Positions 27,401 through 41,399 of a DNA stretch of 64,000 nt are shown here, piece after piece. How positions within the stretch are numbered: the stretch's first letter is position 1; each line of letters begins with the position of its first letter. Made by a program: the position numbers and the translations under genes. The notes under the pieces are model-generated. The model was not told the origin of the DNA. It was given only the letters and a program-made list of their open reading frames with translations, and did no database searches. Source of the stretch: Fimbriosthenelais zetlandica (Eukaryota); contig OZ365111.1 of assembly GCA_977030845.1 (NCBI GenBank), positions 36,828,001 through 36,892,000 of the forward strand, given 5' to 3'.

Positions 27401-30400
27401 AAGGGACGACTACTGACTACACTGTCATCCATATCAGTGTACAGCAGAGAACACAATACAGAGGGGAAGCAAAGCAAGGCTGCAGCAGATAGCATTTACA
27501 ATGGAGCGCCAAAGGCTCCATCCAGACTTGGCTAAAATGTTTTAACGCAGTGCTGAAGAGGGGAGAGGCAATGTACAATCACTCCCACGCACTGTGGCGA
27601 GTTAGGGGATAAAATATTGCCAAGTTGGAATGGACCGAAGCATCCATGCCATTGTCCTCCTGTCCTTTCTTTGTTGAATAGTCAAAGGTGACAACATTCC
27701 CGACAACTCTTATCTATATATTCGGCAATTAATGGACAACTCCTTTCTATTCTTCAGAACTTCTGTCTGGCTTTAAATGCGATTGTTCTAATGAAGGAAT
27801 GTATTATTCAAGCAAGTTCTGAGGAGATCCATGCCTTCATTATGAACTCCTTGGAGCGTAGCAAAGTAACACACTGATTCATTGCCTTCAGCAAACGACA
27901 CTTGCAGCTTGAGAGACTTGGGATGACAGGTTGAGCGGAAGGTGGTAAAACACTGTCATTTACCCGGCCACCAAGATAGCGACACACTCACCGTATCGCC
28001 TCCAGCGCCGAATAATCCCCCACTCGCTCTTGTCACCAAATACACAAAGTAAATATTGTGCATTCGATCTAACGCCGCATCTATTTGTATGGTTCTGTGC
28101 ATACCACGAGGCAATGAGAGAGAGAGAGCGGGAGTGAGACAGAGCCCCACTGCAACCAATACGAACTGGAGAGAGATGTGTACTCATATACTGCTTTTTC
28201 CATTTTCATTTGCGAGTGCTTCCGGCACTGAAAGCTTTTTTGAACACCGGTCCTTTCATATAGAACTAATGATGTTTCTCTCATCCTAACATCTTTTCAG
28301 TGGAGTTTTATATCAGAATACACTCAACGAAGCCATTTGTTACAGACAATCATAGGTACAGACAATCATGGTATCCCGTTTTCAATCTTTGAAATTGTAC
28401 GAGAGCGAGTGAGTGATACTGTTAGGCCTAGGTACGAGAACCCAGTAGGAATACTGCGCAAGTTTGTATGGGGATTTGCAGCAGTGTATTACACTACAAG
28501 AGATCAAAACACCACTTTGTATATCCATGTTGCATGAGGGGACCATCCTCCCATCCTTCATTCAACGTGTCTTCCCCATACCGCTACCATCACATATCTC
28601 TCTATATTATACAATGGCTTCCCCATATAGCAGCTATAACTTCACAAAAGCGTGACACTCTATGGGAGGAAGGATAAAAGCCACTCTCTCCTTTGTGATG
28701 GAGGATCATAAGCAGGAGCTGCAGCTCGAACTAAGATGTCATCACCTTGTGAATGAATAATAGAGGCCGAGAAGGAGGGCGCATGCGCAGAGGACAAGAT
28801 CCAATTGCTTCCTGAACCATATGACAACCATATATCAATGCCTTGTGGTAAATGAAGAATGAAATAGGAAATAATCAGCAACATATTCAAGGCCTCGCCT
28901 CTCGGAATAACAATTGTTATTTGACAAGGGAAAAGGTTCATTCCTATAGGCCAATTCATAGATTCACTTTGAAAAGCTACATCTTGGATTATGCGAGGTA
29001 AATGCTACTTAACAATGGTAATATCACAAGGAGAATTTACCTCTTATACTTTCAGCAATCTAAATTACAGAACGATCTAGCCATTCTGCAATCAAAGCAG
29101 ATTCACTGATTTAGAGAATCATGTCAACGCATACATATTGCATATACATGTACATACATATACAAGCCAGAAGACAGGTCTCGATTTTAAGGGCGGGATA
29201 TTGCCTCGATAATAAGGCAGGAAGGGAAGGAGTGAGAGGGGATGGGGAGGAAAAGCAAGTGAGTTATGCCCTGTAATGAAAACATACGAGTCTGCCATGG
29301 CATACGAGTCCGTACTGGCAGGGATCCAAATCCTGATTAACGATGAGCAATTAAAATTGAGGTTTAAAACGGGAACACGTCGGAAAAGCTTAATGAGATA
29401 AATGTCAAGGGACATGTATAAAAGATAGGGGACAAGCAGGGTTCAGCTGCGCCGTTTTTTCCTCTCCCCATACCCACATCTCCACCCCCACCCCACAACC
29501 ACCTGAAGCTTGCAGATTCGCTAATAGATGACATTTGTCAATCACGCGAGCTAATCACTGAATGCCAGCCTTGATTCAGGATGAATAATGCATGACTTCA
29601 CAGAATGGAACATTTTATATGTTTTATCATTGCCTGATTGGCATTGTATCCATGGCTGCAGAGCAATCGTGATTTCAATGAGAAGTAGTTGAAATATATT
29701 GTGTAAAGGAATGTGGCATGGCCATTGTGGGGGGAGGCTGCAAATGCATGCATACATCAAATCCCCACACAAAACAGACTGCAGTTCTGATGCCATTTCT
29801 CACCACTAACAATGGAAACCTAAAGTGTAATTCATTTTTGCAATGTTATAAAACAAAATGGCATTCCAGAGATGGAAATGTACTCGCAGATTTCTTACAA
29901 AAGCAGTCTTAATGTTAAGCTTGAACTACAATCAATAGAACAGAGAAATTTCTCTTTTTTTCTGTAGTTTAGTGTGTGGGGGTGTATATGTTCTTGGTAC
30001 AGGTAGCCAGACATCAGGTGCTCAATAGCTTCGTACTGGGACCACCCCTGACCTTCGGCCGTGAACCCGGCCCGGTGACATTTTTAGGGATCCAGGACGA
30101 TGATGGGCCACCTTGTATAATACCCAGCCTTTCATCCCTCGTACGGTGGGCCAGAATGGAGTGTCATCCAAGTGACAGTTTGATATAGGGCGTCTTAGTG
30201 GATGATAGATATCTGTAAGCTATGTGTGTGTGTCTCAGTGAAGGTCTACCCCTCGAACATTTGACCCAGATCAGAGACGCAGGGGTATATAGATATACCC
30301 CATACAGACTATAGACAGGGTGATTCATACACTGGGTGTGGATGGTGGGGGATCCAAGTTTTCATTTAAACCCCTACTATAGCTAACAAGGCACACACCT

Positions 30401-33400
30401 ACCTATAGTATACAGGGGACCTATTCTGTATATATACCCTTTCACTGTAGGATATATAAACTGAATTGCATTCCATCCACACCCCATTGTGTACACCCGT
30501 GTCATGTATTTTCGCCATCTGCCAGTTGTGATTGTATGTATACCAACATTTTTCTTAGGGCAACCATGTCAATCAAGCTTGGCTGAAAAGGTCTCCTACT
30601 CTACACCCATGTCCCCATTATCGCCAGGTGGTGGCCATCAGGCTTATTCGGGGTGGGGTGTCGGGGGTTGTGGGTGGGTCTGCTAGATTCCCAGACATCT
30701 TAGACATAAATAAATACCACCATGCACACTTCGTTTCCACTCCCGTCGCACAATCACTCACTGGTCGTTGACAGGCAAAAAGGCAATGAAAATAGTTCAT
30801 AGATTCATAAGCAAATCAAAATCAAAGAAATACTAGAGATACATTATAACAGGAAATTGCTTTTGTCAATTCCTCTAAAGAAACAAAGGACCAGGCTTTT
30901 TTTCGGATTTGTCCCCCTATTGGTTTCAAAGAAAGAACTGCATCAGAGCAAGAAACAACTGATTGCAGGAGGAACTTTACCACACGTAATCTGGTCTGGG
31001 TGCTGACAGACAAGAGCCTTCAAACCACTTTCTATTTACAATAAATATGAGCAAATGGCGGGTAAAAGTCCACGCTAGCTCTTGGTTAAATGTTGTCTCA
31101 TCCAGCCACACACAAGAGGAGTGTCGGGTGGTGTGCAAGATCGTGGTAAATGCGTTAGCGGCCAATAGCTTTTTTTATTTCACCAAAGCAGCCAACTTTG
31201 TTTTCTGGATAAAAACGACTCATTCTCGGTTTGACTGTCATGCAATCTGAACCCATTCTGTTTGGGAAGCTAGCTCATAACCTTCGTTCAAGACGAGTGT
31301 GGGAAGGAGAAAGAGTAGTGGTGTACTACAAATGCATGGCATCCCATTTTTTTTAAAAAAAGGAAAAACCAACAGAATGCCCTCCTTTGATGTGAAACTT
31401 GCTCAAGTGAAACTTATCTGGCCACAGCTCAGTAGGGGAGGGAGTAATTATTATATTTTTATCAGGTTTGACTCGGCAAGTCAGGTACTGTACAGTACTG
31501 CCTCAGCAAAGGTTTATCTTAATACGTTCCCCACATCCTGTTCAATCCTCGGGTGTGAACAAGCGTGGTAAAGCAACACTGTAATTGTGAATAAAGATGA
31601 AGTTTCTGTCGGAAAACATGGAACTAGAAATGGGAGAAGGGGGTAAGAAGGAGTCTCTCCTGTCTCCCTCACTCAGTCACGGGAGGGTGGGGATCAGGAG
31701 CAGCTGTTTTCCAGCCTATAGGAACATGATGGGTCAAGACTTGGATTTCACTGCTTCCAACTCAAATGACCTACTCCACTTCTCCTCCCACCCCTCTCTT
31801 GCTTGCCACCATGATTGGACCAGTATAGAAAACGTGGGATAAACACCCCCTGTTTCATAAACCATTAATTTCCCCTAGAAACACCTCGAGGCCATTACAG
31901 ATACATGCTGTATATATAGGGGAGACCTTGGAAGTATTCTCAAGGGTCGTGTATTGTCCACACCCGAACACCTTCAATTCAAAGCCGGTTTAATTAAAGG
32001 CGGTTTTATGCAATGCAGCGTCCAAACTGGTAACTATATTCTGAAGCCTGATACAGTGCTTTTGCTTGCATGTTGTTAGTAGGGCATCATTGTTCCCGGT
32101 TGCCGCCTACCCCCCACATAAGTACACCCTCCCTTTTCAGTTGGTTCCAGCTCACGACCGAGCTTGGTTGTCCCCTGCAGTCACACTATGGGGAAGATCA
32201 GTGTTAATGGACTGCGGGCAGTCTAACCTTTATTATGTAGGTTTCCAGAACAATAAAGCCAAAGGCAACCAAGGCCCAGGAAGTACTTGAATTACACCAT
32301 CAAACCCCAATTAAATATCTGTCCTACCTTAGGGCATGTTTGAGGGCTTAAGTGGCAATTCCCAAAGGAGGCTGATGGTCAATTTTATTACCACAGGAAA
32401 CTTATATTCATTTTCATGAGAATAAAAGCCCTTTCTGAGCAATGTTGAATGCATTATGTTACCATCAAAGGTACTGAAATTTAAAGGGTACTTTTGACTT
32501 AAAATCATTCCAATCCAACCCCATGTTTGTGAAGGCATACAAAATGATACAGCCCTAACTAATCTCACTCGGGCAGCTAGCACATCACGCACACTGGTAA
32601 TCTGTGGAAAATGATGTGTGCCCCTGACAAACCAAAGCATTTCAGCATTAAAGGACTTTAGGGGAGCCTCCCTCCCTCTACCTCTCTATCCATAGACCTT
32701 CCCTCACCCCCAAGATGGCCCTTTACCATCTTCCTCCCACTCGCCCATTTGCCTCTTACCTCGACATGCAGTTTCAAGCGACATTTCACAAGAGAATTCA
32801 TATGAGCAACCTACTCAACCAATGGCCAAATTGCGACTGATCAGTGAAGTCTGCATAATATTCACGCAAGCAAAACATCATCAGAAATTCAAGCAACGTC
32901 AAGGCAGAGGAATAAATCCGGAGTTGCCATGACAAGGGGATGAAAAGGGCAGCCAAAAGGACATCAAGCAGATAACTCTCCTGAACACCTGATCAGCATG
33001 CAATGAATATATGAAATTCACATGTAATTGACTCCATTATAGGGTTACATTCGACTGTTTTCTGCATTTTCAGTATTCTCTGAATACACCTATACGATGG
33101 TATGCTTTGCCGTGGCAGGGGAGAGACTAGGATAAAGTACAAGTATGCCACTACTTTCACCACGTGGCTTTCATTTGGCCCAGGTTAAATTTATGCACTT
33201 TTTTTCCACGGGGGCGTGGGAAACAGGCACTGGGCTGTCGGCGGGTGTACAGCAGAGACTTGGTACTTGTGTAGTGAAGTGTCACCTCGACCATCCACGT
33301 GTGATAATGACCAACACAGGACCCTCTGTACCCTCACGAACACCCAGCAGAGGTGGAGACGGCTACAACAAAGACATCTCCCCGGCTCTACATCTATACA

Positions 33401-36400
33401 TTATATGCGTCCACTCTGGAACACCCGAGACAACCCTATAAAACATAGATCTACCCCTCATACGTATTCTTTCTGAACCATTTCACTGGTATCTCACATG
33501 TTGTTGGGTAGCAGCCTTTCACTTAAAATACCCCCTCCCAAGCATGGCTGGGATAGGTAGATTAGCCGGTAGGGTAAGCACTTTGCAAAGATGTGCACAT
33601 TCGAAAGGAAAGACATTTGGTTTAAAATCAGAATAGTAGGTCTTATAAGCTGTCAGTGGAAAATACATGTAGTTAAAAATGCACATGTGTATGCATGATA
33701 TTTATGTCAATCCAACCATATGTAAGATAGATTTATCACAAACACAATTCGGGTAAATAATAATAATCAAGTGAATAAACGTGGTGCATCATTTTCAGTT
33801 TAAATGAATGAAGGCCGATTCATTTCCCTTTAAGAAATTAAGGATGCTTTAGAGTTACGATCAGAATTCTAATCAAAGGCCAGATCTAATTCAGGGAGAG
33901 GGTACAAGGGCGACCAGAGCCATACAAATGTGATGATTGTATTCACGCGGAAGCCAGCGTGATCGCTTTCTTCCACCAGTTTCCTCCCTTATTGCACCCA
34001 TTGTTGAGGGAAATGCAGAGTGAAGCTTCCCAAATCCCAGGCACTAATTGCCCCCTGGGGGCCAAAAGAAGATGTGCCTCTAAATATAAGCCCCAATGGG
34101 CGGTCACCAACACTCTTCTATAAATAACCTATTGTCCGAGACCATTGATAGGCAAGGGGCTGAAATCCTGGCCACAAATTTAGCCAGTGGATTTGAATAA
34201 GAAAGGGCCCTTTGAAATAAGTTGCACAATAATGTCCAGCAATAGAGAGCAAGGGGGACAGTGACCATTGGAATTATTTATACATTTTCAGAAGTGGGAA
34301 ATAGTCGGAAATAGCCATACAGAGAAATGGGACAATGGGAGAGATACTTGAGTGTATATAAAGCATAGCCAGAGGGTAGTAGAGCTGCGGGTGTCGGTTA
34401 TTTTGTGAATTTATGGGGTATCTATAGTGATTTCAATGGAATGTTATCCCATGATGAGAGGGACAAAGGTATGAGAGCAAGGTAAGCTGCTGAGGTCCCA
34501 GATGCCAGGCATACGAAGTGCATTCATAAACACAGGTCGAGATCCCGAAATTGAACTCTGAGGAGGAGAGGATCCCAGCGATAAGGCTGATAAGTCAGTG
34601 TTGCTGCTGGGTCAGGGGGTCAGGTGGGGGATAGATAAGGGGTATCAGTGGTGTCTATGTGGTCCACATAGAGAGGAAGTGGACTGGGGATGCTCCATGG
34701 TGATGCGCTTTGCTACAGGTCATAACCCGTGACACTTTTCTCACGGCGTTGTCGTCACATAACGATAGGGGGTGCTAAACAACTCATGACAACCGGAAAT
34801 GGATGCGAGCGCATGCGTAGGGGATATGTGGGGCTCGCCGCCATAAATGATGTCACTCAATGCCGAGTGCCAGATAGGTGTATGAAATGAAATATTCATT
34901 GGGAGGAGACTTTCCAGAATCCAGGAAGCATTTACAGCGCTTCCATCCGCCATTATTTTTATGTAAGCAGTTTAATTTGTGTCCCTTTATGATGGGAGTA
35001 CATTTCATAGCTTCCAATGAAAACGATATCAAATCTTAATGGAAACGGTGTCACAGAACCATACAAGTGCTGTCAAAAATGTGTAGCTTAGTTTCACGAA
35101 GCAGTTGTCTGAGTATGTAGCTCATTCCAGCTGCACCACTCTGTATCTCTTCCCTCCCTTCCCTCACAAACACGAGTTCCAATGATAAACATCACTGCCC
35201 CAGTTGGCCCATTAAACTAGTGACCAAGCTCCCCACATGTGCTAATCCCCAGTGGCAATGGACCGAATGCCCCTGCACGGACCTGATATGTACAAGACGA
35301 GTCTCCCTCCAAAATAACACTCCCCATTGGCATCTCAATATTTGATTATAGAACGGGGAGGTCATTTGAATGGGATGATGGGTATTGGAGAATTGGACAA
35401 TCTTAGAGATACACAATGGTACAAGGTCGAATGAAGGCTGCCGCAGCATCATTCTCCCACCAGCGCTTCCACTGCTTCAACCAGTGAGAGCATGTCGTTT
35501 CTCTTTGTATCTCCTCCTTGAGAGAGAGCGAGAGAGAGCGAGAGAGAGAAGAGGGAGAGAGTCAGAGCCCAGTTTCTGGCCTGGTGACTCAACCCTCCAA
35601 GAATCACACCGATTCCAACAGTGGATGCTCGTTTTTCACTCCTCCCAAACTACTACACCAAAGTACATACTCAAGAGAAGAAAGAAATGGAACAACTTCA
35701 AATGCTACACACACAGGGTTGCACGGTCCTTGCTATATTACATTGCTTGCCATCCCCCCATCCTTCTAACTTTGACAGGACATGTAGCAAGGAAGCAAAG
35801 GGGGGGGCAAAGGAGGGAGAGGCTCAGGAGGCTGCAAGAGCAACTCGCTCAATCTGCCAGAGAGGCTCATCTCCCGTTCCATTCTGCCCGCATCCATATT
35901 GCATTAGCAGCAGATCATAGCATCGCAAGACACGGTCCTCTTAATTACATCGCCTCTGAGGGTGGTGATGGTGCGAAGGTTTCTTCCCACCTACAGATTG
36001 CTTGTATAAGCAGGCACCTACCCACTAAGGGATTATAACACGAGCATGCTGCTTTGCTTCCCCACTAATTAAACCCATTAATAGCCCTATGTTACAACTG
36101 CAATCCAGTAATCAAAGCAAGGTCTTTTTCTCTGCATTCCCTCCTCGCCATCTAACTACCTTGTATTTTCTATTTTCTCATGGTAATCCCCACTACATAG
36201 CTGTCATATTGAACATACCAAACCAGCAGTCTTGTGTTATATATTGGAGATTCCACTGCAGCAGAATTTCTTTTTTTTTCTTCCACGCAGCCTCGTGGGT
36301 TTTTTTCTCTCGCTCGCTCTCCGATATGCCAAGCTTGTGGAGGCTATATATGTGTTTTTTTCTGCGACATTGGGAAGGCCGCAGGGGTGGAGTGTGACTG

Positions 36401-37768
36401 TGAGTTATCTGAATGTGTGTATGTATACGAGCCTATAGGGTAAGAGAAGGTAATTTACTGCTCTTCCCATCGCCCATTGATTAGGGCCCGCCCAGAGGGG
36501 GCTGCAAAGCTGGTGGTGTGGAGGAGAAACATGCCCGCCCCTACACAAACTCCAGGGCCCGCTATGACAACAGGGACTAACAAATGCTATCATATAGCAA
36601 GGCCAAAGGTGGCAGTGCTTGACAAGGGTATCCTTCATAGTGATAGATCAACCGTCTCACTATAGATAATGTGAATAACATAGGAGAGGATGCTATATAT
36701 AGACAAAGCCTGCCCGGTAAAAATGATCACATAATATGAACATCAGCCTTCAATCTCATAACGAGTTCCTTTGATATTCAATTTTCTGCATTGAATATTA
36801 TGTATGTGCCACCTTTCATTATAGGAAAGGTTCAATTTAGTAGAGAATCTACATAGAAAATTCGATGAGGGATATAGGTATTATATATAGGTATCATATG
36901 CTGAGAGATAAGGTAACCTTAGAGTGACGGCCATTATAGAAATAGTGCTGTACATGTGAGTAAATGATCGTTGGTAGGGAGCATTTGTATGGATCAGTCT
37001 ATGACAGGTTCCCCTTTCGCCAGTAATTTATGACTCAGCTTCATCCACATCCCTCCCACACAGTATTGGGAGGGAGGAGGAAGAAGAAGGATCTTGGGGC
37101 TAAAATGGATGTGAAGGAAAAGGTATATTTGACACAAATTTAAACGGATAAGGATCGAAACTAATCACTTTTGCGTGTAAGTAGTGAGGATGAGAAACAT
37201 GACCGAGGCCTGTGTGCCTTCACCTGGACGAATGAACTTCAAAAAGACCGATGGTTGAAGGAGTGGCAGGCCATGAATCAAACCTTATCATACACCCTAC
37301 AAAGTTCTACTACACATACTACGACTGACTGTGGAGGAGAGGTGGGTTCCTCCATGCTGCACGGCTGCTTCTCCAGTGAGTTTTGGGAGGAGGAGGAAGG
37401 TGGGGGGGGGGGGCTGGAGGTAGGGGTGGGGGAGAAGGAAGAGAAGGAAGGAGATTCCTCCAGGTTCCTCCAGGGTCAACATTCCAGGGAAGCAATCCTT
37501 CCTCCTGATACCCATCATATGGCAGCAGCATCCATAATGTATTCTCTGCAATGCATTTTTCTACCACTACTCAGAAGTCACTCAGATTCTCTACCAAATG
37601 CAAAAATACATCTATGGTTACAGGATTGATGTAGTAGCGGTTGTTATCAATAATATAATATATATTCTAATGAGACATGATAGGGTAATGATGTAAGCAG
37701 CAGTTTGGATGCTCTTATTATTATCAGCTTATCAAGTCGTGTGATTGTGGTGGTAGTAGGAGTAGCAA

Positions 37769-37798
37769 TAGTAGTAGTAGTAGTAGTAGTAGTAGTAG
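37769..37798. repeat. (TAG)10 microsatellite
   Basis: Perfect trinucleotide run. Confidence 0.95.
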
Positions 37799-40119
37799 AT
37801 AACAGTGTCTGGATCAGAGGTATAGAGAAATGAGAGGACTCAAGGCACTACAGTCAAGGCTATGGCTAGCTAGCACTACATAATACACAACAGCAGGTAT
37901 TACTACTAAGAGAATTATATACCTACGGGGTCCGTTGATGGTGAGTGGTTATCTTTAATAACACAGATAACAATGTGACCATTATCATCATTCAGATGAA
38001 GACAAATAGACGTTCGTATTTTTTTTTTGAAAACTGCTCTAAGCCTAGTTCCTATAGTGCTACCAATATGCTAGCCAACAGAGCCTACTATTCTGTCACC
38101 AACCTTGCCTTGAACAGTCCGTATCATCCTCAAATCGTATAGAACCCTCCACTCTGATCGTAAATAACCAATGGTGAACAAGCACACATAGATTGATAAG
38201 AAGACACAGATAAGCTGGTATCAGGCCGCCGCCTTCAATTATGGATGGGATTAATATTGCACATGTGTCGGCGCCGCCCTTGCAAGGCTGGAAGCAGACC
38301 TACAGAGCGGGCGCTTTTGATTCACTTCAATATCTGATATGATATTTAATAACTCCAGTGGGACGTGATTATCAAATATGGAAGGAGCTCCTCCTTCCTC
38401 CTCCTCCGTGGGTGAGTGAATGGGTGAGTGTTTTGCTCCTTGAAATGAGAGTTTGATTAACAAGATGTCATCGAACCTGGATATAATGATTATTCACTTA
38501 ATACACACTTTAATGAGTCAGTCCGTATCGACAGTGTTCGGTTCGCTCTCTTCTTTCTCCCAAAACTTTTCCTCCTCAAACAGCCTGGATGGGTTCACCA
38601 CGGCCTATCCCTTCTCTGTATCCTTTTTATTTCCCAGTTATATTTGGATGTAAATATATGTTTACAGAACACAAACGGGACAAAAATGTAACTGAAAACA
38701 TATATGGATATATCTCAGCGTTCCATTGTCATTGATATCCTAAAGCATATATATATATATATTATCAAAATCCTGGGAACAGACGTCTGATATGCGAATC
38801 AAATCAATATACAGGTACAAGACAAAGAAATGATAAGAAATTATTCCAACTGGAGATTTCTTCAATGACCAGAAATATTAAAGTTGGAAGATAATTATTT
38901 CTTTTTCTTTCTTTCTTTTAAAGCAAGAGCTCATCAAATCCTGACCTTGGTATCTGGGTTTGCTGAGGAGGAGGAGGAGCGATGCATTTGGTTGGTTGGG
39001 GCTGCTCGCCTTTGGAGGTGGTGGAGGTAGTGTATTGTTGGCCAGGCCTGGTAGTAGCCACCCTGGAGTGAGTGGAAGAAGCCCCCGTGTGGAATGGTTG
39101 GGAGCCGTGTGTAAAGAGCAGAAAGCCAGGAGCGCGGTCAGTCAGCTCCCCTGGTGGGCCACCATCACCACCACCAACCGTTATTCCCTGAAGCAACGTG
39201 GGGGCACACATCAAGCCCCCCACGGCGGCCCTTTCGTCGTCCTCCTCCTCCTATCCCTTAAATGTTCCAACCTCACACCAGTAAGGAGGGAAGCATCCCA
39301 AATGGCCATTTCTTTCTTTGGCTTCTTTGCCTTGGTTTTTTAATACAAAAGGGAACTCCAATCATAGCTCCACTGATGGCGGCAAGGTCTCAAAAGCTCG
39401 CGATGGAAGTTGGATTGCAATGTTGAAGAACAGGGCCAACAAGCCCGTGGGCTTAGTTATACGCAGAACAGTTGAGCACATGGACAGGAGACACAGGCAC
39501 TGTGATTGTCATAAAGGGAGTTTCACAGACATACACACAGTATTATATATGACAGGCATCGGGTTCAATGCGTATTAATAATATGTATGAAAGAATCGGT
39601 GATGTCCTTCTTCCATTGAAAAGCATCCTAGTCAAATCCATTTCTTTGGGGTTCTCTCTTTCCCTGAAGCCCCGATCCCCCCACCTCATCGAGCCTCCAG
39701 GCCAGGCCCAGGAGGGGAGAGAGAGAGAGAAGAGGGAGGAACAGGAGGGAAGGGAAGGGGTTGGTTTCTCCCTTCCCTTCTCCTTGGGGCCGTAGAACAT
39801 AACACAGCCATCCCCCAATGGCGTTAGTTAACCACTTGGCTTGAACCACTTTAGTACCTTTTACCATATTGGTGCACAAACAGGACAATACAGGCAAGAA
39901 TTTTGACATTTATAAGGAAGTACAAACGAGTAACATTTAAGACAGATTTAAAGCCGAAACTTTTGGGAAAGGTTAGAATATTCAATAAATAAAATATATT
40001 AAACATTCCTTTACATAGTAGAATATTTTTACTCGATTTATGAAATATGAATAGTAGGAAAAGAGTTGTTCAAAAAGGATGGTTGTCCTCTGCTTTTTGA
40101 CCTCCTTGGGTGTACATAC

Positions 40120-40173
40120 CTTTGGCTGTGTGGCAGTGTTGGGCCGCCTTGGGAAAGCAACCTTTGGGTCAAT
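40120..40173 (-). CDS. msi: Musashi exon 5 (IDPKVAFPRRPNTATQPK, 54 nt)
   Basis: ttttcag acceptor, AAG|gtatgt donor; IDPKVAFPRR is diagnostic for Musashi. Confidence 0.96.
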
Positions 40174-41314
40174 CTGAAAAGCAAACAATAATCCGAATTT
40201 AGATCACACAATACAGAGCGAAGTTAAACTACAGGAAGATAGCTTATCAAAGGGCCCCATTGACTCTGAAAAGAGTGCCACAAACACATCCTCCTACATC
40301 AAAAGGTGTCAGATTCTCCGGGGGAATAATGGAGGTGATACAGGAGGGAATTGAGGCCGTTCCCGGCCCTGCATTGTCCACTGTAATTACACTAATCACA
40401 GGCTACAGTTCAAAGGCCGGGGTCTCGGCCTCTTTCAGTCCAGGCCAATGTCATTAACACATATAGCCATTAATTAAATAACATTCCAATTGAGAGCATC
40501 CAAGTAAGATTCCTTTGATGGAGAAAGAGGTTTTATATCCCGAGTTCAAAATACTTATGTACACGTTTTCATGAGTCAGTGAATGGGGGTTTAATGGGAA
40601 ATAATATAGCCTGGGCATAAAGGAGGATTTGGTGTTAACATTAAATGGCGACTGCTTTAGTTTGGGTTCGAGATTAATGGGGGATGAGGTAAAGGTTAGG
40701 TTGGTTCATAGAGTCGTTATTACAGTAACAGATTTCGTAAGGTAGCCCTCTCCCCTCGGGCCCAAGTGGAGATCTTATGTTATCAAAAACACCCAACAGT
40801 GCAATAACATGTTGAGAATTCAACCCAAGCCAAGTTGTGAATGGTGCTCTTAAGTGTTGGGTATTCTTTCACCGGGGGGTTAGACTCATGGCTGTGGTTA
40901 AACTATGCTTGCAATATAGCACTGAGGAATGCTTTCCTAAGAAGCCAGTCTCACAATACAGAAGCCATAACCTGCCCTCAATATCGAGACCGCTTTTAGC
41001 AAGCATTTCTCCCAAAATAACTCAACTATTCAATTACAGAGCAATGATTATACTGCAGTGCTACAAGGTATCCCAAAATGTTCGTGCAGCCAATTACAAG
41101 CACCGATTGAGAGAAGAGCAATCATTCACTATTTCAGAGAAAAAAACATGAGGGCCTAGAGAACGATGAGGGTGGGGGTTGAAAACAGCCATATCACTGT
41201 GACTATATAATATTCCAATGAGAAGAGAGAAAATAGGGGACAAAGAGAAGAAACAGCAGGATGTGAATGATTTTAAGGGTACAAATGAAATAATGAAACA
41301 CTAATATGGCCTAC

Positions 41315-41399
41315 CATTTTCTGATCTAACTCGTGTGGTCCATTAGCTAAAACCTTGTCTACACTAGCAGGGTCCGAGTATGTGACGAAGCCGAAGCCC
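41315..41399 (-). CDS. msi: Musashi exon 4 ([28 protein letters not shown], 85 nt; RNP1)
   Basis: tttactttcag acceptor, ATG|gtaggc donor; RGFGFVT RNP1 motif. Confidence 0.97.

Noticed and set aside
30397-30420. Recursive-splice-like AG|GTAGGT (ctatag|gtaggt) in intron 5
   Set aside because: The polypyrimidine tract is weak and such a match is expected by chance in 39 kb; it would need saw-tooth nascent RNA-seq evidence.
38255-38276. miR-92-like TATTGCACATGTGTCGGCG; also miR-184-like 1755-1769 and let-7-like TGAGGTAGT near 9964
   Set aside because: Only partial matches, with no well-paired precursor hairpin in the flanks.
39791-39866. MVKGTKVVQAK..., superficially like the exon 6 start MVTRTKK
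   Set aside because: There is no AG acceptor and similarity ends after six residues; the true exon 6 is at 717-809.
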